This document shows positions 52,188-64,000 of a stretch of 64,000 nt of DNA, piece by piece. The position numbers were made by a program, and so were the translations under genes. The DNA is from Octopus vulgaris (Eukaryota), in NCBI GenBank assembly GCA_951406725.2, contig OX597814.1, positions 8,060,001-8,124,000 of the forward strand. The letters are read 5' to 3'. A model generated the notes under the pieces. It saw only the letters and a program-made list of their open reading frames with translations, ran no database searches and was not told where the DNA came from. The first letter of the stretch is position 1; every line of letters starts with the position of its first letter.

Positions 52188-52241
52188 GTATATATATATA
52201 TCGTCGTAGAACGGACGTTAAACGACGATATATATATATAC

Positions 52242-52286
<45 letters not shown>

Positions 52287-52721
52287 CATACATACATATA
52301 TATATATAAATATATATACATACATACATATATATATATATATAAATATATATACATACATACATATATATATATAAATATATATACATACATACATATA
52401 TATATATATATAATATATATACATACATACATACATATATATATATAAATATATATATACATACATACATATATATATATAAATATATATACATACATAC
52501 ATACATACATATATATATATAAATATATATACATACATACATACATATATATATATATAAATATACATACATACATACATATATATATATCACCACCTAT
52601 ATATATATATAAATATATATACATACATACATACATATATATATAAATATATATACATACATACATACATATATATAAATATATATACATACATACATAC
52701 ATATATATAAATATATATACA

Positions 52722-52753
<32 letters not shown>

Positions 52754-52834
52754 AATATATATACATACATACATACATATATATAAATATATATACATAC
52801 ATACATACATATATATATATATAAATATATATAC

Positions 52835-52891
<57 letters not shown>

Positions 52892-52902
52892 TATATACAT
52901 AC

Positions 52903-52935
<33 letters not shown>

Positions 52936-53066
52936 AATATATATACATACATACATACATACATATATATAAATATATATACATACATACATATATATAA
53001 ATATATATACATACATACATATATATACATACATACATACATATATATATATATAAATATATATAC

Positions 53067-53113
<47 letters not shown>

Positions 53114-53185
53114 TATATACATACATACATACATATATATAAATATATATACATACATACATACATATATATAAATATATATACA

Positions 53186-53217
<32 letters not shown>

Positions 53218-53344
53218 AATATATATACATACATATATATAAATATATATACATACATATATATAAATATATATACATACATACATATAAATATATATAC
53301 ATACATACATATAAATATATATACATACATACATATAAATATAT

Positions 53345-53398
<54 letters not shown>
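52137..53398. repeat. Compound (TA)n/(CATA)n array with ~25-40 bp higher-order units
   Basis: Recurrent AAATATATATACATACATAC(ATAC)ATATATAT blocks. Confidence 0.95.
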
Positions 53399-53404
<6 letters not shown>

Positions 53405-55204
53405 CCTTAAATCCTTAAAAATGTTTTAGCTCGAAGGCCGCGGCCATGCTGGGGCACCACCGCTGAATGAGCTACACTAGTTTGTGAATCCACCTCTGAT
53501 ACGTGGCACTTGATCAACAAGGGAGTCGATGCTGCTGCCCGCATCTGTGTCTCCTGTCGTGAGGTAGGTTCATCTGGGACTCCCAACAAGAAGAGATCCA
53601 GTTTAGTTTTAGAGAAACCCACATCCACACCATGTAAGTCTCTCAGGAATTTAGGGAGGATGTTAAAGAGCTGTGGTCCTCTGAAACCCAAGCTGTTGCA
53701 GTATCTGGACCTGTATTTTGATGGTGATGTTGGAATCCTTGGCACCATGCAGTGGCGCCCCTTTCTGCGGTTGGGGTAACTTTGAATGGCAAAGTTTGGG
53801 ACAAGACTCTCCAGGATTTTCCACCGCATATCTCTCCGCCTCCGCTCTAGGGGGAAAAGGTTTAATACCTTCAGTCTTTCCCAGTAGCTGATATTTTGCA
53901 TTGAGACGATTTTCTTTGTGTAGCTTCTCTGAATTGCTTCGAGTTCTGCTGTTAGTTTTATATTGTGTGGTGACCACAGTTGGGAGCAGTAGTCCAAGCG
54001 GCTGAGGATGAATGTTTTCCATAGGACCATCAGTGTCTCCTTCTCTCTTGTTCTGAAAGTTCGGAGAATCCATCCAGCTAGCCGTCTGCATTTTATCACC
54101 AGATTAGCAATATGCACTTGGAAAGATGCATCATTGCTCATGTCAATGCCCAGGTCATGCACTGATTTTGACTCAGGGATTGCAATTCTTCCTGGGCCAG
54201 TGTATCCAGTCTGCACGTCGTTTACCTTTGTGTGCCAGTAGCGCAGAGCCTGGAACTTACCTGCATTAAACTGCATGTTGTTGTCCTCAGCCCACCTATA
54301 TATTGTGTCCAACTCCTGTTGCAGATGCACAATATTTTCAGGGTTTTGTATTGCGTGAGAGACTTTTGTGTCATCTGCATAGCTAGCAAGGGTGGTCATC
54401 GTAGCAGCTGAAGGCATGTCTGAAAGGGCCACTATAAACATCAGTGGCCCCAAGACAGTGCCCTGTGGGACACCGCTTGCTATTTGTGTTTCCTTGGAGG
54501 TGGCTCCATTGCTCACAACTGCCTGTTTTCTGTCTTTTAGGAAGCTGTGCAGCCACTCTCCAAGTTTTCCGCTTATGCCGAGACCACGCAGTTTGTGACA
54601 GATCATACCATGGTCGACCTTATCAAAGGCTTTTGCAAAGTCGAGATATATTACATCCACATTTGAGCCATTTAGTAGCTGTTTCAACACCCAGTCATAG
54701 TGTTGCAGGAGCTGTATTAGGCAGCTTCTACCTGGTCGAAATCCATGCTAGGTGTCAGACAGCAAGTCATTTTCTTCAAGGAACATGATTAGTTTCTTAC
54801 GGACTATTCGTTCCATGACTTTGCTGATGTGTGAGGTCAGAGAGATAGGCCTATAATTTTTAGCATCTGCTCTGCTACCTCCCTTATGGATAGGGCATAT
54901 TACCCCCTCTTTCAATTTGACTGGGAGCTTACCACTTGCAAGAAAGCTCTGAAAAAGAAGCTGTAGCAGTTTTGCAAGGGCTCGTTTGCACGATTTGAGA
55001 AGGATCGCTGGGAATCCATCAGGTCCAGCAGCTGAGTTTGTGTCAATCTCATCTATGGCTAGTGTGATATCATCATCTTCGATGTTGATGTACTCAAGTT
55101 TTGCCTCTTTGGCCGCAGGTAAAGTGGCAAAGAATTCTTCTGGGTTGTTTACTTGCCTGTGTCCTAGAGGTGTAGTGAACATACTTTGGAATTGTTCGTT
55201 TAGT
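53399..55204 (-). mobile_element. 5'-truncated CR1 family C (RT and 3' end)
   Basis: [38 protein letters not shown]; stop near 54748; tail (TTTAAGGA)2. Confidence 0.93.
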
Positions 55205-55214
55205 ATATATATAT

Positions 55215-56062
55215 ATATATAAAACTCGAGTATAATCCGCATATTCCCCCCAAAATTTAAAGGTCAAAATCCCAAATCTCTATTTGCTGTCCGACAATGT
55301 TTATTCAGGCGCATTTTGTGATATCGTGCGTGAAAATACTCTAAGCTAAGCCTGAAAGCAATGAAGTCATAAAAGAATAATCCATAACAGTAAGCAACAT
55401 TTATTAAAATAAAAGTATTCAGAACACAGAATAACATGTAACAAAAACAATTTGAAAACATATTTACATTCCCATATAACAGTTAAGAACATCGCCATTA
55501 TTGTATTACGCATGCGCGGAAGTGTCTGTTCGACTAGGTGCTGCTGGCTTAATTACGGACGAATTGTGCTTAATAGTTGAGTGCTAAATATTTAATTCTG
55601 CTCTTTCTATTGGCAGTTTGCCTCATTACCGTGGCAAACAATAGATACTTAATTAAATACCAGTATTAAATATTTGAACTGCTGTGGATCTTTACTAGGG
55701 TTTTTTTTTTATAAGTGGGACTTAAACCTGTACATTAACCTCCAGTAAAACATTTTATACATTACATGCCCATAAAATGCTTCATAGATCTTATTCAGCT
55801 ATGTTTAAACTTGAAGTTATATCAAATGCTGAAGAGCATGGTTATAGGGCTGCCGGAAGAAAATTTCATGTTGACGAAAGCAATGTCAGGTTATGGAGAA
55901 GAAATAAAGATGAAATTAAACAGATACCAAAGATAAAGAAGGCAATAATAAAGGAGGTTACCGTATACATTTTTACAAACCAAGGATTTGATATGAACCT
56001 CTTTGACGGGTGCGTATTATACACAAAGTTTCGTTTTTTCAGAGGTACAGCCCCCTATACGG
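55215..56062 (+). mobile_element. pogo/Tigger-like deletion derivative encoding a Brinker-type DNA-binding domain
   Basis: ORF 55777 SYSAMFKLEVISNAEEHGYRAAGRKFHVDESNVRLWR; subterminal gtataat.cgca and tgcgtattatac inverted motifs; right end TACGG|TA. Confidence 0.7.
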
Positions 56063-56202
56063 TACATAGTGTGTGATTGACTGAGAGAGAGAGGTGTTGC
56101 TAGAGAGGGAATGTGTGTTTGAGAGAGAGAAAGGGAGAGAGAATGACAGCGTAAATTTTTTTCCGAGAAAAACTAAAAAAAGGAAAAATTACTCTATCAG
56201 TC

Positions 56203-56233
<31 letters not shown>

Positions 56234-56268
56234 TTCACACACACACACACACACACAGCAACAGAAGC

Positions 56269-56310
<42 letters not shown>

Positions 56311-56524
56311 TCGTCAATCATTCACACACTAAAAAAAGCTTCGAGAAAACAAATAAAATGTACGCTGTCACAAACACAAACTTTGTTCCTCCTCCTCCCC
56401 CATCAACACATACGTCCATGTCCATTTCCTCTCCCTTTCACTTTTTGCTGACTTCAAAGAAAATGTCCATTTCCACCCATAAAAATAAATAAATATAATT
56501 TTTTTTTTATGGAAATTAACGAAC

Positions 56525-56888
56525 GCTGGGGTAAGTAGCGCGCTTACCAACCACCTGATTCCGGGTTCAGTTTCACTATAGCCTCGGACCGACCAAAGCC
56601 GTGTAAGTGGATTTGGTAGGCGGAAACTGAAAGAAGCCCGCGGTATATATGTATGTAAATGTGTATGTGTTTGTGTGTGTGTGTGTCTGTGTTTGCCCCC
56701 CCCCCTCCAACATCGCTTCATAACCGATGCTGGTGTGTTTACGTCCCCGTAAATTAGCGGTTCGGCAAAAAGGACCGATAGAATAAGTACTAGGCTTGCA
56801 AAGAATAAGTCCTGGGATCGATTTGCTCGACTACAGGCGGTGCTCCAGCATGGCTGCAGTCAAATGACTGAAAGACGTAAAAGAGAAC
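56525..56888 (+). mobile_element. tRNA-type SINE with internal (TG)n and CR1-like 3' tail (partial reverse copy at ~57672-57870)
   Basis: B-box-like ccgggttcagtt; body ggaaactgaaagaagccc..gcggttcggcaaa..aataagtcctgg; tail ggcggtgctccagcatggctgcagtcaaatgactgaaa. Confidence 0.8.
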
Positions 56889-57287
56889 GCTGTACCTTAA
56901 TAACTAATTGATTTTTGACATTTCTGCGATTCATAGCAAAACATCGCTCCGAAAGATTGCCAATGAGGCGATGGTAACAGCGGAGTTGCACGCACACACC
57001 TTCGAACTTCGAGTCAAAATGAAAGACTGCACCCCACCTTTTTTTTTTTTCTTCCTGTTACCTTAAATTTCGATGTAGTCGTAATTCTACCCCCATCTGA
57101 AAAGCCTTCCTGGATAATTGCAATAGAAAAATATATACATTTTTTTCTGAGAGCTAAGGGAAAGCAAATTTGTGTATTCATAATGTACTGAATAAGCATG
57201 GAAAGCCACTTTGTAAAGTATTTGTAAAGCAAGTGAGAGACAGAGGATAAAGAAATTAAATTAGGAAGATACAATGTAAAAACTTAC

Positions 57288-57620
57288 CTCGTAACAACTC
57301 TAAGCAAAACTGTAATTTGAATATTTATTCCATGGTTTTTAGGCCGATAATTAGTTTAATAGCAGCTTTATATGACATCAATGTTTTTCCGAGAAAACAC
57401 ACGACACGAAAGATACTTTTCAAAAGAAAAAAAAAACTGCAGTAGTTGTAACAGGAAATACAGGCGAATATAGGTTAGAGAAAATTTCACTTTCATTTTT
57501 GTCGTTCACCTCGGTAAAATTTATCTGGTTTTCTTCGATGGTGGCCACTAGCTGCCCTGTTTTAAGTCACAAACCGCCAGTGTGTGCAGTCGCGCGCGCA
57601 CACTTTTTGGCGTGATTTTT
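57288..57620 (-). promoter_or_regulatory. Candidate first (non-coding) exon and promoter of the macrodomain gene
   Basis: Consensus donor GAG|GTAAGT at 57288/57287 in non-repetitive DNA; TTCCGAGAA (GAS-like) 57387-57395, ACAGGAAAT (ETS-like) 57451-57459, GAAAGTGAAA (IRF-E, minus) 57485-57494, CpG run cgcgcgcg ~57591. Confidence 0.45.
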
Positions 57621-58251
57621 CTATTAACCTTCACACACGTACGTATATACATATAATTTTATATATATACCCTTTTATTCTCTTATTTGTCTTAGGTATT
57701 TGACTGTGACCATGCTGGAGCACCGCCTTTAGTCGAGAAAATCGACCCCAGGACTTATTTTTTGTAAGCCTACTATTCTATCGGTCTTCTTTGCCGAACC
57801 GCTGCATACAGGACGTAAGCACACCAACATCGTTTGTGAAGCGATGGAGAGAGGACAAACACAGACACACAAATATATATGTTACACATTCATATCTATG
57901 TGTATACGTAGGTATACGTGTGTAGAATACACACCCACTTTTGTCATTATTTTGTTAGTAAACAGTACGAACTGTGTCTAAAGTATATATGTATCACTAT
58001 GCGGAATGTTGACAGTTCGTGTAACAAGTAAAGTAAATAAACACGTAAAACAATAACAATGCCTTCATTGAGTAGTCTATCACCCATCGAACCGAAACTA
58101 CGCATCACAATATACATACATATATATATATAGGAAGAATTCACAAAAAAAACAAAAGATGAAGACAGGTGTAGACAACAAACATATGTATTAGTATAAC
58201 AAATATATATGTGTGTGTATATATATATATATACATGTGTGTGTGTGTGTG

Positions 58252-58293
<42 letters not shown>

Positions 58294-58294
<1 letters not shown>

Positions 58295-58799
58295 TAGCAG
58301 TATCGCCCGGCGTTGCTCGGGTTTGTAAGGGAAATAACTATATAAGCATTTTTAGAGAGTTACTTCCCTTATAAATTCGGGCTTTCTTAGCCATTTTTAT
58401 TTTGGTGTCTTCAAGCCATGAAGTCGTTGTTCTAAAAGAACGCTGGTTTCCTTCACAACGCATTACGACGTTGATTTCTTTACACTCCCTTCCCCACAGC
58501 TTCACGAGGGAGGGAAGGGGGAGAAGCAAACAGGTGCAGCTGTGAGCGTGGACGCCAACTCCGCCGCCATCGACATACGATGCATTTTATGCATTAAAAT
58601 GGAATAAAAAATGATGTTAAATTATTTTTAAAATCGTAGACTCATCGTTGACGCGCGCTAATAGTCAGACGGGCTCGATATGAATCACGACTATAAGATA
58701 CCCGAATTTGGTTAAACTGCACCGCAAAATGTGGGAGGAGTTAGGAATCTAAATCGAAGGGGACAGACACTCACACAACTAGAGTTTTATATATATAGA
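58294..58799 (-). mobile_element. Non-autonomous Helitron, 506 bp
   Basis: Minus strand: A|TCTATATATATAAAACTC 5' end; 3' hairpin CCCG-AGCAACGC-CGGG then GCTAG|T; inserted between A and T with no TSD. Confidence 0.88.
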
Positions 58800-58816
58800 T
58801 ATATGTGTGTGTGTGT

Positions 58817-60718
58817 GGCACGCACCACATCTGCGTACCTCCGTTTTGGGGCAGGTGGTGCGTGGTCCATCTCTTTTCCTTTTGTTAGTTTGTTTCTGAT
58901 CTGTTTCGTGTCTCTGCGGCAGGGTCCCCGATGTGCAAAACGGCAGCCTGCACCTTCCTCTCCATGCCAGCAGGTACCTCTCAGGTAGGACCTACACACC
59001 CGTGTGCGCTGTTTGTTTCCATCCTTTTTGGTATATGGATAGTCAGTTTTATTTCTATTCTTGGCTGTTTCATTTTTTGGTTTTGTTTGAGTTTTTCTTT
59101 TAGATTTTCCTCCTTTTATTTCTTCTTTGGGTTCTTCATCTCCATGGCTTTTGGTGCTGGTAGGGGCACTTGCACTTGGGTTTACTTCCCGGGCAAGTTT
59201 CTCACTCGAAACCTCTTCCCGGGTGTCTACTAGGTGGGGGTGACTTCTTTCATCAGCACCCGTGTCTCCATCCTTGCAATCTTTACTTTGTTCGTTCTCA
59301 AAGATGGCATCAAGCGTGCCAATGTGAGATCGTATAAGTGCATAGGAGCGTATGAACTCCTGCTTCTTCTGCTCTATCTGAGCTATTGTCATTTTATAAG
59401 TACCGCTCTTCAGCGCAGCTGTAATTATATTGTTAGGGTTTTCTCCGTCGGCGCATTGCCAGGCTCGTACGAACAACGCCAATTCGTCACGTCTCCAGGT
59501 TCTGGACATGTTGGATACCCTATCGATTTATCTATCTAATTATGTTTAAAATTTAATAGTGTGATAGAGGGCAGAGAAGAAGTAGAGAAAGAAAGTGACT
59601 GTGTATTTAGAGAGATTGAGAGCTGAGAGAAGATAAGAAGGTATTTTAATTATTTATCTATCTAATTTATCTATCTAAATATATTTAAAATTTAATAGTG
59701 TGATAGAGGGTAGAGAAGAAATAGAGATAGAAAGTGACTGTGTATTTAGAGAGATTGAGAGCTGAGAGAAGATAGTGACTATATATTTAGAAAAATTGAG
59801 AGGCTGAGAGAGGAAAGATTGTGTGACAGACAGAAGTGGAGAAGTGAAGAGACAAGGAAAGATTGAACGGCTGAAAGAAAAGAGATGGTGTGATAGAGAG
59901 AAGTAAAGAGACAGAGGGAGAAAGAAAAGAAAGAGAGGAGGTTACGAAGCTGAAATAAAAATGAAAGATTAAGAAAATGAAAGATTATTAACAGGGAAGC
60001 TGAAATAGAAAATAATAGATTCTGAAACAGAGATGGAAAGATTATTAAAGTTCGCGTCTATGTAGATATACGTATATATACACGTGCACATACATACACA
60101 TACATACATACACACATATACACATACAGAGAAAGAGAGGAGGTAGAAGAAAGAAAGGGAGGAACATATATTAAAATATATTAAAGTGAGGAAAAGAAGG
60201 AGTTATTTAATTCTAAAACTAATTACAAGAAGATAGATGTATGAAAGCAAAACAGAAATTGAAAGAGAGTTATTCTCAGAATGTAAACAAAGATGGCTTC
60301 GTAAATTTTAACGGAGATGCTAGCTTAAGTTAAGGGAAATAAAATAATAAATAAAATATGAAAGCAATACTTATCATGAACGGTGCAGTCTAGACCTTCG
60401 TGCTTTACGGAATTTTTTTTTTCCTTCGCAAGAAAAATGATTATTTTTCTTTCTTACAGGAGATAAATTAATTTAATGAGTTGCCACCATGTGCATTTTC
60501 GGCGAAAAGAGATCTACTGTATTACATTTGGCTTCAGGCAAATTATATTACGTTTTTGATTAATATATTTTTAATAAATGTATTTTAGTAGACTTTATGA
60601 GTTAACAAAGTTCTACGTTTGTTACTTTCAGTAGATTATTTCGCCGATTTATGCAAACCTTTCTGTTTTTTTCCCAGAGCAAAAGCAAACACGTCCTTCC
60701 TCTGCGAAAACCGGAAAC
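58817..60718 (-). mobile_element. Probable 5' part of a LINE: long UTR and ORF1-like ORF with CCCH zinc finger
   Basis: ORF from 59509 ends CRSYLRGTCWHGEEGAGCRFAH and is cut by a (TG)/(TA) repeat; intronless; ~110-bp direct duplication at ~59525-59770. Confidence 0.55.
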
Positions 60719-60759
60719 TATATATATATATATATATACACATATATATATATATATAT

Positions 60760-60844
<85 letters not shown>

Positions 60845-60860
60845 AAATATATATATATAC

Positions 60861-60963
<103 letters not shown>

Positions 60964-61020
60964 TATATATATACATATATATATATACATACATATATAT
61001 ATATACATATATATATATAT

Positions 61021-63107
61021 TGATTGATTGATTGATTCTAGTTTCAGCTCATGAGCTGTGGCCATGCTGGGGCACCGCCATTTGGTGTTGCTACACAGTT
61101 TTACTTCACGAAAGCTTTTAGCAACTGCCATTTGGTGCATGAGAGAGTTCGATGCAGCTGCCCTCATCTGCACCTCCTGCCGTGAAGTTGGTTCATCTGG
61201 GATACCTGACAGGAAGAGATCCAGTTTCATTTTAAAGACATCTGCGTCCACCCCATGCAGGTCTCTTAGGTTCTTCGGGAGGATATTGAAGAGCTGTGGG
61301 CCTCGGAAGCCCAGGCTATCACAGTATCTTGTCCTACATCTTGATGGCAAATTTGGAGTCCTAGACACCACGCTGTGGCGCCCAGTTCTGGCATTTGTGT
61401 AACTCTCGATGCCAAAGTTTGGGACAAGTCCCTCCAGGATCTTCCAGATGTATATTATGGCATATCTTTCCCGCCTACGCTCCAAGGAATATAGTTTTAA
61501 TCTCTTGAGTCTTTCCCAGTAGCTTATATTCTGCACAGAGGCTATCTTCTTCGTGTAGCTACGTTGGATCGCCTCAAGTTCTGTGATCAACTTGACACTG
61601 GATGGTGACCATAACTGAGAGCAATAGTCAAAGTGGCTTAGGACAAGTGTCCTCCAGAGGACCATCATGGTTTCTTGCTCTCTTGTTCTAAAGGTTCTGA
61701 GAATCCATCCGGCCAGTCGTCTACATTTCATTGCCAATTTAGCAACATGAACACGAAAGGTTGCGTCATCACTCATGTAAATACCCAGGTCACGCACTGA
61801 TTGTGCCTCTGGGATTGCTATTCCTCCGGGTCTAGTGTATTCATTGGGTATTGCATTTAGTTTTGCATGCTGATAGTATAAAGCTTGAAACTTTTCAGCA
61901 TTGAACTGCATGCTATTCTTTTTAGCCCACTTGTATATTTTGTCCAGCTCACATTGCAGGCGTTTAGAGTCCTCAGGGTTCTGTATTGCATGTGAAACTT
62001 TTTTATCATCTGCATAACTTGTGATCGTGGCTCTCTGCGTGGCTGAGGGCATGTCTGAGAGGGCCATTATGAACAGTAGTGGTCCCAAGACAGTGCCCTG
62101 CGGAACACCGCTCACTATTTGCGTGTTAATGGAAGTGGCCCCATTGGCTACTACCACCTGACTTCTATCTTTCAGAAAGTCATGAAGCCATTCTCCCAGT
62201 TTTCCATCTATGTTGAGATCACGCAGTTTGTGACATATCATTCCATGATCGACTTTATCTAAGGCCTTCGCAAAGTCGAGATATATCACTTCAACATTTG
62301 AGTGGTTGAGCAGTCGTTTCAGCACCCAGTCATAGTGATGTAGGAGCTGAGTTAAACAGCTTCTCCCTGGTCGGAAACCATGTTGGGTGTCGGGCAGCAA
62401 GTCATTTCCTTCAAGGAAGGTGATCAGTTTCCTTCTGACTATTCGTTCCATGACCTTGCTGATGTGTGATGTCAGAGAGATAGGTCTGTAGTTCTTGGCC
62501 TCCGCTCTGCTACCTCCTTTATGAATAGGGCATATTTTACCTTCCTTCAGTTTTCTTGGAAGTTTGCCAGCTGCAAGGAAGCTCTGAAAGAGGAACTGCA
62601 GTGGTCTTGCTAGGACTCTCTTACATACTTTTAGGAGGATTGCCGGGAATCCATCGGGGCCAGTAGCTGAGTCTGTTTTCATTTCATCTATAGCCTTTAT
62701 TACATCGTCTTCCTTTATATCGATGTAGTCTATCGTCGCCGCCTCTGATTTTATATCTGCAGTGGTAAAGAAGTCAGTTGGATTGGTGATTTGGAAATGC
62801 CCAAGGGTGGAGTGAAAACACTCTTGAATTGCTCATTCAGTATTTCACTTACCCTCATTGGTTTTCCTGTGACTGTGCCATCCTTTTAAACGAGTGGACC
62901 TATCCTACAGTGAACCGTAGCTGTTTCTTTGGCATACCTGTAGAAAGCTCTGGGGTTAGATTTTATGTTGTCTATAGCCCAGGCGTCTTTGTCTGCTCTT
63001 TCCTTTTCATCGGGGAGTTGCAGACATTTTTCAATTTCCAACAGTTTTATTTTCAGGCGGGACTTTTCACTGCTTTCAATTTGTTTGTTTAGGCGATTTG
63101 AAATTTA
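61021..63107 (-). mobile_element. 5'-truncated CR1 family B with open RT frame
   Basis: [59 protein letters not shown]; tail (AATC)4; TA arrays on both sides. Confidence 0.95.
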
Positions 63108-63757
<650 letters not shown>

Positions 63758-64000
63758 TTGTAAAAAATGAAGTTCGAAAATGCTGCTGTATTATACAATT
63801 TTAAATTTTTATATATATACATTATAACATGTTTCAGTTCCTGAAATGAACCTTATCAAAAAAAGTTATATATAAAAAAAGACAGCTCATGCCGTCAAAC
63901 ACAAGAAATTCATTTATAATACACAACGGAGTCAGACATCTTAGAGTTCATGTATAGTTGATATATAGTTCATGTATAGTTGATATATAGTTTGAAGTAT

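Noticed and set aside
52091-53358. Long YI/MYV/HT-rich ORFs (also 33412-34181, 48204-48426, 60602-61023, 63089-63822)
   Set aside because: Stop-free translations of TA/CATA/CATG microsatellites.
57542-57558. CTCF-like site GGCCACTAGCTGCCC
   Set aside because: Two mismatches at high-information core positions; not supportable without a PWM score or ChIP.

Overview
AT-rich eukaryotic DNA, most likely octopus/cephalopod (inferred from the repeat families and microsatellite load). No prokaryotic system, CRISPR array, rRNA or tRNA gene is supported. The one host gene is a minus-strand PARP14/PARP9-like macrodomain gene. It has three phase-compatible GT-AG exons (37786-36251, 19484-19236, 7087-6908), a candidate ATG-bearing exon (43776-43648) cut off by a LINE, and a candidate 5' exon/promoter near 57.3-57.6 kb carrying STAT(GAS)-, IRF- and ETS-like motifs. 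Most of the rest is transposon-derived: several RTE LINE copies with a C4HC3 PHD finger inside the RT ORF, at least 4 CR1-type families, R4/Dong-like LINE fragments, 5-6 Penelope-like elements (several ending in hammerhead ribozyme motifs, one with an inverted duplication), three mariners, a pogo-like derivative, an hAT remnant, two non-autonomous Helitrons, tRNA-type SINEs and a 3.6-kb array of a 115-bp unit. Most worth following up: the hammerheads, the PHD-bearing RTE, the ISG-like promoter, the apparently broken 5' end of the gene, and a 3' hairpin shared by CR1s and SINEs. Element boundaries are by eye (about +/-10-50 bp unless TIRs or splice sites are quoted).
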